Notes: generated by a model not told the origin, from the sequence alone. DNA of 64,000 nucleotides from an uncultured Solirubrobacteraceae bacterium (GCA_964588985.1 CAZPQW010000002.1:175508-239507), one strand, 5' to 3'. Counted from the stretch's first letter, positions 44,330 through 55,075 are shown. Made by a program: numbers and translations.

Positions 44330-47300
44330 CTAGCGGGCAACTGTCGCGGTGAGCCGGCTGGTGAACCGGCCCGAGCGAAGCACGAGCGCGAGCTTGAGCG
44401 GCTTGCGTCCGGGCCGAATCGGTACACGGATCGACCTTTGGTCTCGCCCGAGCAGCACCGTCCTGCCTGCGAGGATCATCGTGGCGGGGGCCAGTGTCGC
44501 GATCCTGATCGTGAGCGCGGTGGCCTTTCTCGAGGTGCGGTGCGGGATGCGCAGGAGCCGTACGATCGGAACCGACGGGAGGATCGTCACCCGCACCGAG
44601 CTCGTCGCGCTTCGTCCGTGACGGTCGCGCGCGGTGAGCGTGATCACATGCCTGCCCGCGGGCAGCGTGACCGTCGTCGCGTGTTCTCCCGTCCCGAGGA
44701 TCAGCCGGCCCGAGCGCCACGTCAGCGAACGGCCGGTCAGCCGCGCGCCGGCATCGTCGAACGCGCTGCCCGTGAGGCTCAGTGCGCCGCCCGCGGATGC
44801 GCGCAGACCCCGGCCGGGGTTCGTGATCACCACCCGGGGTGGAGCGCCGATGGCGAGGAACCTGGGGGAGGTGGCGATGGCCTCGGAGAACCCGTCTGAG
44901 ACGTACAGCCGTATGCGCGCGTGCTTGGAGGCACCGAGCTGGCTGCTCGGCATCGTCGCCGAGCCTTGATCGGGTCCACTGAAGACCGTCCGCCATGTGC
45001 GCCCGTCATCCGGCGAGTAGCGGATCGTGGCCTTCAACGGGTCGCCGTCGGCGTCGTGGGAGCGCCATCGGATCACCGCTCCCCGCGGCCCGCCGACGCG
45101 AGCACCACGGCGCGGGAAGACGAGGCTCGCGGTCGGCGCCGTCGAGCTCGCTCGATCGACGGCGATCACCTGGCCGTTCTGGAGGACTTCTACCGCCCGC
45201 GTGCCCGTCGCCGGGACCCTGCCGACGATGAACAGCTGTGGCGCGGCGCCGTCGAGGTGCACCGAGTACGCGAGTGCGCCCGCGCTCGCGAGCGGATGCC
45301 CGGCGGCGTCACGCGCGATCAGCGAGAACCCTCCGGGCCCGCTCGGAGTCGGCTGGCCTTCGTCGGGCGCCACGCTCATCACCTGCGGACGGCCGCTGCC
45401 GGTGTCGTAGACGACGCTCACGGCGAGCGATCGAGCGGAGCTCGCCTTCGCCGGTGGGCTTCGCCTGGCGAAGAACCCCACCGGACCGGCGACGTCGACC
45501 GGCACGCCCTCGGCGTATTCGACGTCCCGGTTCCAGTTGCGCACCGACATCCAGACGCTCGAGTTACCTCCGCAGTAGGACATCAGGTCGTAGATCTCGC
45601 CTCCCGGGGCCGGCAGCGTCGGGTTGTAGGTGATTTCGTAGGGCGAGTTGGAGAGGTCTTCCATACCGAGCAGCCCGACGCCATCCAGGGCGCCGTCCGC
45701 TTCGACGTTCGTCGACGCGACGAACGTGTTCTTGATCGAGCCGCCGACGAAGTTCGTTCCGCCGACGAGCTGGGGCCAGCTCTCGCCGCTCTGACCGCCG
45801 CTCAGGGCGTCGTCGCCCTTGTCCGGTTCGGTCCCGTTCGCTTCGTCGGCGGCAGTGTCGGCGCCGCTACCGCACTCGACGCCCGCGTGGGTGCGTCCAA
45901 TGCCGTGGCTGAACTCGTGCGCCATCGCGCTGAGCGGTCGATCGTCGGTCGCCATCGAGCCGCCGCCCCCCGTCAGCCCGCCGCTGAAGCCACCCGCGTT
46001 GCGACACGTGTTCGCTACTTCGGCGGACGCCAGCCCCATCGGGTAGCCGATCCGTACGGCGTTTTCGCTCGCCCAGTCGTTCACCGACTGCAGCAGTTCC
46101 GCCGAGCGTTTGCGATACACCTTGCCGGAGAATTCTTCCTTGCTTTCCTTTTCTTCCTGTTTGAGACCGGCACAGCCGGAGAGGGTGCCGCCGGCGGACG
46201 TGGTCTGCACGTAGGGGTTCACCTGCAGCGGCACGGGCATCGCCGCCTCGAGCTTGCTCCACTGCGGGTCGGGCCCGGGGTAGCCCCTCGGGCCGTGCAG
46301 GCCCGCGACGAACGCGATCGGGTTGATCGTCGTCTTACGGACCGCGTTGAAGTGCACTCCGTCGAGGACGATGCCGCGGTTTCTGCAAGCCACTTCCGAG
46401 CACCCGTTGGAAAAGGCGTTCGGGTCCGGGTTCGCATCCGCCTGCAGGCTGATGTCCCCACGGGTCCATTCGGGCGGAAGCGTGAACGTGTATGCGCCGC
46501 CGGCGCTGAATCGCTGTCCGGCGCCGACGACGCCGAGCCCGCCGACGGGCACGGCGCTCGGCGCTGGAGGCTTGTCGGGGCCGATCGGCCCGGGAGCAAG
46601 CGTCACGCCGTTGCGGGTCGCCGTCAGGCGCATCGGCGGCAGCGATCCGGCCGCGAGCGGGGTTTCGGAGTTGGCATACACGCGCACCACGGTCGCGTGG
46701 CCTTCGACGAGTTTGACCGTCACAGGGGCGCCCGCGGACCACGGCATCGCGATGCCGCGGTAGGAGACGTGGAACCCGGCTGTCGAGGTGCGCGTCGGCA
46801 GCTCAGGCGTCTGAATCCCCTGCGTCACTTCAAGCGCGTTGACGTGGACTTCCCCGGCTGGTGAGAAGGTCGCGGTCGTCTGCTGCGTGCCGAAAGCCGT
46901 GTCGAGGAAGCATTCGCCTATGCCTTTGCAGCCGCCGCCCGACCATCCGCTGAACGCGGAGCCCGGTTCAGGAGTCGCGTGGAGGTACACGGGCGTGCCC
47001 CACGGGAGGTAGAACGGGCAGAACGCCCCCGAGGATCCGGCGGGCTTCGTGCAGCTGAATTTCGTTCCCGACGCCGCAACGCTGCCGTAGCCGGTCCCCG
47101 CCATCGTGACGCCGACCTCCTGCGGCTCGTGGACGAAGGCACTCACAGTCTGGTTGGCGTTCATCGGTACCGAGCAGACAGGGGTGAGCGAGCAGCCCGG
47201 CCCGAGAAAGCCATCGAACGTGGAGTTCCCCGTCGCGGCGCCGTGAAGGGCGACGACAGCTTCGGGGCTCCACGAGGTGACCTGGCACGCAGTCGTGGCG

Positions 47301-48028
47301 GGCGTCGTTTTGAAACACGTGTGTCCAGAGTCGTCATAGACCTCACCCGTGCCTTCGCCGTAGATCGTGATCGTGAGCGTCGACGGGACAGGTGCCGGGG
47401 TCGTGGTTTCGACCGTCGCCTGCACCGGCACGACTTGTCCGGTGTTCGTTTCGCTGCCCGGCGCGAGTTCGGCGGTCGCGCCGTCTTCGAACGGGCTGGT
47501 GAAGTAGCGGATCCCGTCGAGGCCGGGTGTGCCCTGCTCGATCGGCGAGTTGCCGTCCGCGTTCGTCGGCTGGATCGCGATCGCGTCGCCCGCGGCGATC
47601 GGGATGCTGTCGAGGAACGGGCCGTTCTTGGCGTCGGTGCCGGTTGGTGTCGTCACCTGGACCGGTTTGCTGGTTGCTACCGCGCGCCATTTCGCGCCGC
47701 CCGCAGGCGCGAGGACTCTCAGTACGTACGGGGTGCCCTGTTCGACGCCTGCGCTCATGAAGCTCCAAGAGGTGATCGTCCCGGCTTGCAGCGCGGTGAG
47801 CGTGTAGTTGGCGCTCGCTGCGCCCTGGAACACCGGGATGTTCTGCCCCGTCAACGTCGGCAGGCCTTCGTTGGCCGTGAGGGTCTGCTCGCCGACGATC
47901 GTCGTCGTCGCGAGAGACGGGGCGGCCATCACGAGCATCGTCACCGCGAGCAGGACACACACCGCCGACGACCGAGCGAGGCGCCCGCCGGGCAGTGATC
48001 TTTCCCCCTTCAATCCCGCGCCCCACAC
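44330..48028 (-). CDS. Large secreted multidomain zinc metallopeptidase
   Basis: Signal peptide; two InlB B-repeat-like units (SAFSGWSGGGC); HEFSHGIGRTH and DLMSYC metzincin motifs; Ig-like C-terminal modules. Confidence 0.8.
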   Translation of the reverse strand: MWGAGLKGERSLPGGRLARSSAVCVLLAVTMLVMAAPSLATTTIVGEQTLTANEGLPTLTGQNIPVFQGAASANYTLTALQAGTITSWSFMSAGVEQGTPYVLRVLAPAGGAKWRAVATSKPVQVTTPTGTDAKNGPFLDSIPIAAGDAIAIQPTNADGNSPIEQGTPGLDGIRYFTSPFEDGATAELAPGSETNTGQVVPVQATVETTTPAPVPSTLTITIYGEGTGEVYDDSGHTCFKTTPATTACQVTSWSPEAVVALHGAATGNSTFDGFLGPGCSLTPVCSVPMNANQTVSAFVHEPQEVGVTMAGTGYGSVAASGTKFSCTKPAGSSGAFCPFYLPWGTPVYLHATPEPGSAFSGWSGGGCKGIGECFLDTAFGTQQTTATFSPAGEVHVNALEVTQGIQTPELPTRTSTAGFHVSYRGIAMPWSAGAPVTVKLVEGHATVVRVYANSETPLAAGSLPPMRLTATRNGVTLAPGPIGPDKPPAPSAVPVGGLGVVGAGQRFSAGGAYTFTLPPEWTRGDISLQADANPDPNAFSNGCSEVACRNRGIVLDGVHFNAVRKTTINPIAFVAGLHGPRGYPGPDPQWSKLEAAMPVPLQVNPYVQTTSAGGTLSGCAGLKQEEKESKEEFSGKVYRKRSAELLQSVNDWASENAVRIGYPMGLASAEVANTCRNAGGFSGGLTGGGGSMATDDRPLSAMAHEFSHGIGRTHAGVECGSGADTAADEANGTEPDKGDDALSGGQSGESWPQLVGGTNFVGGSIKNTFVASTNVEADGALDGVGLLGMEDLSNSPYEITYNPTLPAPGGEIYDLMSYCGGNSSVWMSVRNWNRDVEYAEGVPVDVAGPVGFFARRSPPAKASSARSLAVSVVYDTGSGRPQVMSVAPDEGQPTPSGPGGFSLIARDAAGHPLASAGALAYSVHLDGAAPQLFIVGRVPATGTRAVEVLQNGQVIAVDRASSTAPTASLVFPRRGARVGGPRGAVIRWRSHDADGDPLKATIRYSPDDGRTWRTVFSGPDQGSATMPSSQLGASKHARIRLYVSDGFSEAIATSPRFLAIGAPPRVVITNPGRGLRASAGGALSLTGSAFDDAGARLTGRSLTWRSGRLILGTGEHATTVTLPAGRHVITLTARDRHGRSATSSVRVTILPSVPIVRLLRIPHRTSRKATALTIRIATLAPATMILAGRTVLLGRDQRSIRVPIRPGRKPLKLALVLRSGRFTSRLTATVAR

Positions 48029-48125
48029 AGCGCGTGACTCTATCGTCTAGCCCGTGGTGAGACGCACCCGCCCGCGGCATCTGCGACGGCGGGCGCCGGT
48101 TCTTCAAGCGCGAAGCCGGACCTAC

Positions 48126-50387
48126 TCAGCCGTAGTAACGCCCGATCACCTGAAGCTGGCTGACGAGATCGTGCCCGAGGAACAGCATCACGACCGCCGC
48201 CCCGACGATCGGAGCCCATCGCCGTCCCGCTCCGCGCACCGCCAGCACAACCACGGCTCCCAGCAGCGGGATCAGCGGTACGAGATACCGCGGCTCGGCG
48301 AACGCACTGGTCTTGTCGATCACATCGCCGTTGTACGACGACACCCCGAGCATCACGAGCACCCCGACCCCGACCGCGGCGTAACCCGCGAACTCCGATA
48401 GACGAGATCGCAGCGCAGCGCGCCGAGCATAAAGCTCGCGCACGCAGAGTCCGGCGATGATCGCACCCGGTATCAGCGCTACGTTGCCGACCCAGCCGGG
48501 GAACGTCGTATCCATCCAGCCGTAGAACCCCACCCAGCGATCCCACCAGATGTCCTTGTAGGTGGCCACTCCCGCGAAGTAGTGCGTCATGCCCGGCAGC
48601 CGCGGCAGATACAGCTGCCAGATGTAGCTCGGCTCGTCGAACGACGCATGCGAGATGAACGATTCGATGCTCCCCGAGATCATCCCGAATGTCGGGCGTC
48701 CCGTCGCGGCGTTGTGAATGGCGTAGAGGATCGCCGGCACCACGCCGATGCAGGCGACCATCGCGACAGGCTTCAGAGCGCCCCAGCCTCGCGCCCGCAC
48801 CTCGCGAACCGCCAGGATCAGCACGCTCGCGACGAGGCCCAGTGCGACACCCACGAAGTTGAGCTTTGTCAGGAAGCCCGCTACCACGAGCAGCCCGAGC
48901 GTCACCGCGCGAGCACGCGTGAAACCACGGTGAAAAGCGCGCGCGAGACACAGGAAGACGGCGGCGGTGAGCGTGACGTCCAGGCTGTCCGGATTGAGGA
49001 GGCTCGACGCCGACATCAGCTGCGGCCCTAGCGCCACGCACAGCGCGCCCACCGTCGAAGCCCACAGAGCGCCCGGGAAGATCTCGCGAAGGAACAGGAA
49101 CGTCAGCAGCACTGTCACCGACGCGAGCAGCACGCTGAGCAGACGCATCAGCTGCAGCTGGACGAGGACGTTGCCGCTGCCGAGCTCGTACGGTATGAGC
49201 TGCGTCGCGTAGTAGAGCGGCGGCTCAGACGTCGCCACGCCGACTTCTTCGGGCTGTTCCAGCGACGCTCCGGCGTTGGCCGCTTCCGTCAATGCGTGCT
49301 GCTGTTCACTGGTCGCGATCGAGGGCTCAAACGGCGTGAATCTGGTCGTGTAATAGCCAAGCGCGCTCATCACCAGTGACTCCGCGGGGGAATACACGAA
49401 AGCCCCCTGACCTCCCGGCAGCGTTCCCGACTGGGCGAGGTGATCGACGTAGGCGAAGTGGTCGACCTCGTCGTGCCCCTGGAAGGGCGGGACGATCACA
49501 CTCCACGCCGCGCCATTCAACGCCGCGACCAGCACACAGATCCACGCGGCCCTCGGGATGCGTTTCAGCGCCGCCCGCGCACCGGCCGGCCAACGCCGCC
49601 GGCGCGACGCACTGTCGTCCGGGCTCGGCTGTTCGTCCGGGCTCGGCTGCTCGTGCGGGAGGGCGCTCTCAGGTGATGGTCCTCCATCGCGCAGACAACG
49701 AGTGGTGGTCCTACTCACGCGCAGCTCCCGCAACGTCAGCCGCAACGCGAGCGCGCCCACCGCGATCATCAGCGCCGCGATCAGTGCCGCGATCCACGTG
49801 CCGCTATAGGCGCGGCCGAGCCCGACGTGTTCTGCCACAGACGTGATCCGAGACCACCACGAGGCCGTTCCCGAGCCAAGGTATTCGACGTGCATCCGGC
49901 CCGGAAGCTTTTCTTCGAGGCTCGCCGACCGCGGCGCTGGCGCGTTCGCCGGGAGCTCCACCGCCGCTTCAGCGGGCTGCGCGTTGTCACCGAGAATCAG
50001 GATCGGCTCGCTGTTCGGGCCGATCGCAAGACAGAGCCGCGCTCCGGACGTGGTGCTCTGCACCGGTCTGACCGGCACCGTCACCGACGTGCTCGTCCAG
50101 TCGGGACCGTGGCTGCCTTCGGTGAGAACCCGGCTGCCGTCGTAGGCGACCACCCGTACGCGCGCACCCACGAACGCCCACATCGCCAGGCGAACCGCGG
50201 TCGTGCCCGCCGGCAGCGTCTCGTTGTCCTGGCACACCGCCGCGTCACCCGTGGGGGCGCCGAGCTCCGCTTGGGAACCCTGCCAGCTACCCCGCAGTAC
50301 GCGCGGCGGCGAGCGCGTCAGTGTGAACGCCACCGCGACAGCGATCAGCGCAACACCGACTGCGAGGGTGATCTTCGCGCGTTTCAT
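48126..50387 (-). CDS. DUF2142/GT-C membrane glycosyltransferase-like protein with an extra N-terminal module
   Basis: PPFQGHDEVDHFAY, PPLYY, RLLS, LNPD, LTKLN, EPRYL; many TMs. Confidence 0.78.
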   Translation of the reverse strand: MKRAKITLAVGVALIAVAVAFTLTRSPPRVLRGSWQGSQAELGAPTGDAAVCQDNETLPAGTTAVRLAMWAFVGARVRVVAYDGSRVLTEGSHGPDWTSTSVTVPVRPVQSTTSGARLCLAIGPNSEPILILGDNAQPAEAAVELPANAPAPRSASLEEKLPGRMHVEYLGSGTASWWSRITSVAEHVGLGRAYSGTWIAALIAALMIAVGALALRLTLRELRVSRTTTRCLRDGGPSPESALPHEQPSPDEQPSPDDSASRRRRWPAGARAALKRIPRAAWICVLVAALNGAAWSVIVPPFQGHDEVDHFAYVDHLAQSGTLPGGQGAFVYSPAESLVMSALGYYTTRFTPFEPSIATSEQQHALTEAANAGASLEQPEEVGVATSEPPLYYATQLIPYELGSGNVLVQLQLMRLLSVLLASVTVLLTFLFLREIFPGALWASTVGALCVALGPQLMSASSLLNPDSLDVTLTAAVFLCLARAFHRGFTRARAVTLGLLVVAGFLTKLNFVGVALGLVASVLILAVREVRARGWGALKPVAMVACIGVVPAILYAIHNAATGRPTFGMISGSIESFISHASFDEPSYIWQLYLPRLPGMTHYFAGVATYKDIWWDRWVGFYGWMDTTFPGWVGNVALIPGAIIAGLCVRELYARRAALRSRLSEFAGYAAVGVGVLVMLGVSSYNGDVIDKTSAFAEPRYLVPLIPLLGAVVVLAVRGAGRRWAPIVGAAVVMLFLGHDLVSQLQVIGRYYG

Positions 50388-50573
50388 GGCCCTCAGGCTC
50401 TCCAGGCGACTCTCGGCGCCATATCTCGATGACTCGAACCCAGCAATGGGGCGGCGAGTGTATTCAGGGGCTTATGGGACGGTCAAAAGCCTCGGAGGGA
50501 AGCGCATCAGCCCGCCTTTTCTAGCCACGATCTGTCTCTGACTGCCGGTCTCGCGATGCTCAGTCGCGCGCTC

Positions 50574-51116
50574 TCAGAGATTCCTGATGACGGTCGCGGG
50601 AACTCCTGCCACGAGGGTCGCTGGCGGAACGTCACGGGTGACGACGGCACCGGCCGCGACGACGGAGCCAGCTCCGATAGTCACGCCAGGAAGGACCGTG
50701 GCGGCGGCTCCGATCCACACGTTCGTCTCGATCGTGATCGGCGCGGCGGTGAGGTAGGCACGCCGTTCGTCTGGCTCCACGGGATGGCCAGCCGTGATGA
50801 GGTTGACCTTGTGCGCGATCATGACCTGGTCTGCGATGTCGATGGCTGCATGGCCCGTGAACGCGCACTCGTGGCCGATGAAGACCGTGCTGCCGACCGT
50901 GATGTTCAGCCCGTGGTCGGTGTAGAACGGCGGGATCAGCGTGAATGAGTCGCCGACTCGCTTGCCGATCAGCTCCTCGAAGGAGCGCTGGATCTCCTCC
51001 TGATCGTCCAGGCAATATTGGCTGAGCCTGGATGACAGACGGGTGGCCACCTTGACCCGATCGAACAAATCGCGGGACTCCTGCGATTTCGTCGGCGTCA
51101 GCTGGCGTTCGTGCAT
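50574..51116 (-). CDS. Hexapeptide-repeat O-acetyltransferase
   Basis: [31 protein letters not shown]. Confidence 0.92.
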   Translation of the reverse strand: MHERQLTPTKSQESRDLFDRVKVATRLSSRLSQYCLDDQEEIQRSFEELIGKRVGDSFTLIPPFYTDHGLNITVGSTVFIGHECAFTGHAAIDIADQVMIAHKVNLITAGHPVEPDERRAYLTAAPITIETNVWIGAAATVLPGVTIGAGSVVAAGAVVTRDVPPATLVAGVPATVIRNL

Positions 51117-51293
51117 TCGGCTCCTCGGCGCGGCGGTCTCTTCGGATCGCGGAGCCTAGAACGATCGCCGGACGTGGAGATCATGTCGCGAGGGCTCGCG
51201 CGGTGAGACATTCCTCACCACAACGTTAGGCCCGCGTAAGGAGGGTCGAGCAGCATCGTGCGCTCTGACGAACCCCGACCAAGGGAATGAAAC

Positions 51294-51830
51294 GTGAATC
51301 GAATATCGACGTTGGCCGCGGTAGGAGCACTCGCCATCGCCGCCGGAGCGATCGCTGGTTGTGGTAGCGGCTCTGCGACGGGTGCCACGGCGCAATCGAG
51401 CGCGGCCACCACCGCCCAGAGCACCACCAAGTCGGCGCCGTCGCTGACCATCGCGACGTACAAGACACCCGAAGACGGGACGCTCATCAGCGGCGCCAGC
51501 AACAGGACGCTCTACGTGCTCACGGCGGATGAAAAGTCCACATCCGCGCACGCGAAGCTCAGCACCTGCTACGGCGGCTGCGCGGTCGTCTGGCCTCCGG
51601 TGCTCGCGTCCGGGGCTCCGGCGGTGGCCGGCAAAGCCAACGCGTCCTTGCTCGGGCTCACGACGCGTCGTGACGGCACCAAGCAGGTCACCTACAACGG
51701 TCTCCCGCTCTACTACTACGCGGCCGACACGAAGGCGGGACAGGCCACCGGCAACCACCTCAAAGATGGTTTTGGGCTCTGGGTCGGCGTGCTCGCGAGC
51801 GGCAAACTCGCCCCGGACGGCAGCTCTTGA
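51294..51830 (+). CDS. COG4315-type lipoprotein
   Basis: Lipobox IAGC; RTLY...CYGGCAVVWPP; QVTYNGLPLYYY. Confidence 0.88.
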   Translation: MNRISTLAAVGALAIAAGAIAGCGSGSATGATAQSSAATTAQSTTKSAPSLTIATYKTPEDGTLISGASNRTLYVLTADEKSTSAHAKLSTCYGGCAVVWPPVLASGAPAVAGKANASLLGLTTRRDGTKQVTYNGLPLYYYAADTKAGQATGNHLKDGFGLWVGVLASGKLAPDGSS

Positions 51831-52410
51831 GCCACAGTCGAACCGACCGCGCTGTACGCGGCGCCTGAACCACTCCAGCCTGCGGGCCGAACCGAGGTTC
51901 GACCCGCAGGCGGTTGGCGCGCGGTGGGTTCGCGTTCAGCCCTGTGGCACGCCTGCCGACGATCGCCGCGCTCGTGGCAGACGGAGACACGTCGCCAACG
52001 CGCAGATCATGACTCGAGGTGCTTCGCGGCATCGGGCGAGTGCAACGGATCGCTCAGTTCGCGCTGGATCCTCGGCACGGCCGGGCTACCGCGGGCCGTG
52101 CTCCGGTCGAGTTGGGGCTCGGTGCCGCTGTAGCGCTGAGCGCTAAAAATGGTCCAGCCTGGAGGTGCGATACCCTATGCGCGCCTGCCGGCCCAGCAGA
52201 GCGCCCATATCGCTCTTTGAGTTCGCTTGAGAAGGCGTTCTCGCGGAGTGTCCAGGGCTGGCTTTCGAAAAGTTACGCGCGTGTCGCCCGCGGATCTATG
52301 GACGATTGTCCCGGCTTGCATGCTGGCCGGCTGGCCAGCGATCCCACTTGAGAGCACAAACCCGCGAGTTGGAACCTGGAGAGCGGCGTCCGGGCTTCAC
52401 ATTTCCGCAC

Positions 52411-52632
52411 TTATTTGGACGATGCGTTGTCATCGTCATCATCTCTATCTCGGATCCACTTGCGATGCCGGGGCCCGTGCCGGTAGTCACGTATAGCTTC
52501 GGCAAGATCCACGATCTTCCGGCCCCAGTCTGGTGCTCGCCAGAGTGCGAGCAGCGCAAGCGTCGTCAGAAACTCGACTGGCGTTAGATGGAGCATCCAG
52601 GAGGGCGGGCCGGTCATGTCGCGCTCCGACAT
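52411..52632 (-). CDS. Possible small membrane protein
   Basis: MSERDM...VEFLTTLALLALWRAPDWGRKIVDLAEAIRDYR; weak support. Confidence 0.35.
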   Translation of the reverse strand: MSERDMTGPPSWMLHLTPVEFLTTLALLALWRAPDWGRKIVDLAEAIRDYRHGPRHRKWIRDRDDDDDNASSK

Positions 52633-53063
52633 GGGCGATCCGCCACGGCTCGATCTGGGCTCATCCGGTCGAACGTGGATCCGACTGGGTGGTATGGAAT
52701 AGCGCTGTCTGCCACGCGGGGGCCGAAGGACGGCCACGGCGCACGAGCCAACACGGTTCCAAATATCGAGATGGTCCAGTTCATGGTGTCTCCGCTCGGA
52801 GGTTCGGTACCTTGTGGGAGCTGTCCCCACACCGCCCTTGGTGGTCGCCGGAGAGGCGATACCTCAGACATCTGAGCTGACAGTTGGAACTTTACGGGCG
52901 AGTGGTCGGTCGGTATATGGACAGAGGGCCAGAGTTCGCTCGAGTTGTTGGGCTGGAATGCCAACCGACGTCAACTCACCTGCTTGGCGCCGGTGCTTTG
53001 AGCGGTCGTGACGACGCTGTCTCGCTCCATGTGGTCCAGCGCTATTAGTCGCTGTTCATCCTC

Positions 53064-53117
53064 TTGACATGCAGCCATTCAGCTGCATATAGTGTAGAGG
53101 CAGCCAAACGGCTGCAT
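53064..53117 (+). promoter_or_regulatory. Sigma70-type promoter with two ArsR-type operators
   Basis: TTGACA(53064)-18 nt-TATAGT(53088); dyads ATGCAGCCATTCAGCTGCAT and GCAGCCAAACGGCTGC. Confidence 0.75.
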
Positions 53118-53141
53118 ATCTACGAACGAGAGGAGCAGGAC

Positions 53142-53588
53142 ATGGCTGACATCAGGCACCGGGTCGGAATAGCCGCCCCGCAGGAGCAGGTCTACGAGGC
53201 GCTGTCCACGGTCGACGGGCTTTCGGAGTGGTGGACGCGCGAGGTCGACGGCGACGCCACGAGCGGCGGCGCGCTGCGGTTCTTCTTCGGGCGCCCCGAG
53301 CCCGGCGCGGTGATGGCGGTCGACGAGACCACGCCGGGAGATCGGGTCGTGTGGCGGTGCGTCGAGGGACCGGACGACTGGGTCGGAACGAAGCTCGTAT
53401 TCGAGCTGAAGGCCTCCGAGGGGGAGACGATCCTGCTGTTCGCGCACGAAGACTGGAGCGAGCCGACGGAGTTCATGTCCCACTGCTCCACCAAGTGGGG
53501 CTACTTCCTGCTCGGCCTGAAGGCGGGACTCGAGGGCGGCGAGGCGACGCCATATCCTGGCGAGGTCAAGATCAGCAGCTGGGGGTGA
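53142..53588 (+). CDS. SRPBCC/AHA1-like protein
   Basis: IRHRVGIAAP..VYEALST.DGL..WW; DWVGT; CSTKWGYFL. Confidence 0.9.
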   Translation: MADIRHRVGIAAPQEQVYEALSTVDGLSEWWTREVDGDATSGGALRFFFGRPEPGAVMAVDETTPGDRVVWRCVEGPDDWVGTKLVFELKASEGETILLFAHEDWSEPTEFMSHCSTKWGYFLLGLKAGLEGGEATPYPGEVKISSWG

Positions 53589-53631
53589 GCCCCACGACGG
53601 GGCTCACACGGCGGCTCGAGGACGGCTGACG

Positions 53632-54423
53632 ATGGACGAGATATTCAAAGCTCTGGCCGACCCGAGCCGCCGCCGGCTGCTCGACAGCCTCAACCTCAGG
53701 GGCGGGCAGAGCCTGAACGAGCTGTGCGCGGGCCTCGACATGGCGCGCCAGTCGGTGAGCAAGCATCTCGCGCTGCTCGAAGCCGCCAACCTCATCACCA
53801 CCGTCCGTCGCGGCCGCCAAAAGCTCCACTACCTCAACGCGGCGCCGATCAACGAGATCTCCGAGCGCTGGATCAGCCATTACAACCAGGGGCGCGTCGA
53901 AGCGCTGGCCGACCTCAAGCGAGCATTGGAGGAGAACAACGTGCCGGATCCCGAGTTCGTCTACACCACCTACATCGAGTCCACGCCCGAGCGGGTATGG
54001 CAGGCGCTGACCGAGCCCGCTTTCACCAGGCGGTACTGGCGGGGTTGCGCATTCCACTCCGACTGGAAGGCCGGCTCCACCTACACGTTCGAGCAGAAGG
54101 ACTTCACCATCGCCGACCCCGAGCAGGTGATCCTCGAGTCCGACCCCTACCGTCGCCTCGCATACACCTGGCAGACGTTCACCCCGGAGTGGGCGCAGTC
54201 CAACGGGATCAGCGAGGAGACCCGCGCGAAGATCGCCGGCGAGCGACGCTCGAAAGTCACCTTCGACATCGAGCCCGCCGGCGAGCTGGTGAAGCTGACC
54301 GTCATCCACGACGACCTCGAGCCGGACGGTGCGTTGCGGGGGATGATCACCAGGGGCTGGCCGCGGATCATGTCGAGTATGAAGACGCTGCTCGAGACCG
54401 GACAAACGCTCGGTGCGTGGTAG
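53632..54423 (+). CDS. ArsR HTH-SRPBCC fusion regulator
   Basis: FKALADPSRRRLLD...RQSVSKHL; YTTYIESTPERVWQALT. Confidence 0.92.
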   Translation: MDEIFKALADPSRRRLLDSLNLRGGQSLNELCAGLDMARQSVSKHLALLEAANLITTVRRGRQKLHYLNAAPINEISERWISHYNQGRVEALADLKRALEENNVPDPEFVYTTYIESTPERVWQALTEPAFTRRYWRGCAFHSDWKAGSTYTFEQKDFTIADPEQVILESDPYRRLAYTWQTFTPEWAQSNGISEETRAKIAGERRSKVTFDIEPAGELVKLTVIHDDLEPDGALRGMITRGWPRIMSSMKTLLETGQTLGAW

Positions 54424-54508
54424 TTACACCGATCCGCCACGCACAAGCGCGCCGCTCGTTACCGGGCGACGCGCTTGAGCAGGAGCAGCAAATGAACAAC
54501 GAGACGAT

Positions 54509-55075
54509 CTATGTGGCGGTGATGTATCCGCTCATGTAGCCCGCGTGCTGCATCGCCCAACCATTGGCTTCGTCATCGCACGGGATCACGCAGAACCAGG
54601 AGAACTTGCCCTTTTCTTTCACCACCACCTCATACGTGTGGATACCCGGTTTGACGACGATGTTCACACCGATCTGCGGCGATGTGATGCTGTGTTCGCC
54701 TTCGTCGGTGTTGTCGATCTTGATGTCGAGCTTCTGCCCCACCTTGACCGCGAATTCAGTCTTGGTGAACGTGTCGTGCATGATCTTGTCCGGCCCGAGC
54801 TTCCCGCCCGGGATGATCTTCAACGAGATCACCTTGGCCGGCAGCGATGCGTTTGCGGCGGTCGAGCCGGCCGCCGGCGCGGCCACGCCGCTGGTGATCG
54901 TCACCGTGTTGTGTTCGCTGCTCTGGTTGAGCGCGATGATCGACATCAGCAGCGCCGCGAAGATGCCCAGGCCGGCGAAGACCTCGAGCACCGTCTTGCC
55001 GGTCTTTTCCACCGTGTCGTCGAACTGCGCCTGATCCCGGATCTCGGTCTCTTGGTCTGCAACTGGGACGTGCAT
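54509..55075 (-). CDS. Membrane-anchored cupredoxin-domain protein
   Basis: TM; NTDEGEHSI; WFCVIPC...WAMQHAGYMSGYI. Confidence 0.75.
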   Translation of the reverse strand: MHVPVADQETEIRDQAQFDDTVEKTGKTVLEVFAGLGIFAALLMSIIALNQSSEHNTVTITSGVAAPAAGSTAANASLPAKVISLKIIPGGKLGPDKIMHDTFTKTEFAVKVGQKLDIKIDNTDEGEHSITSPQIGVNIVVKPGIHTYEVVVKEKGKFSWFCVIPCDDEANGWAMQHAGYMSGYITAT

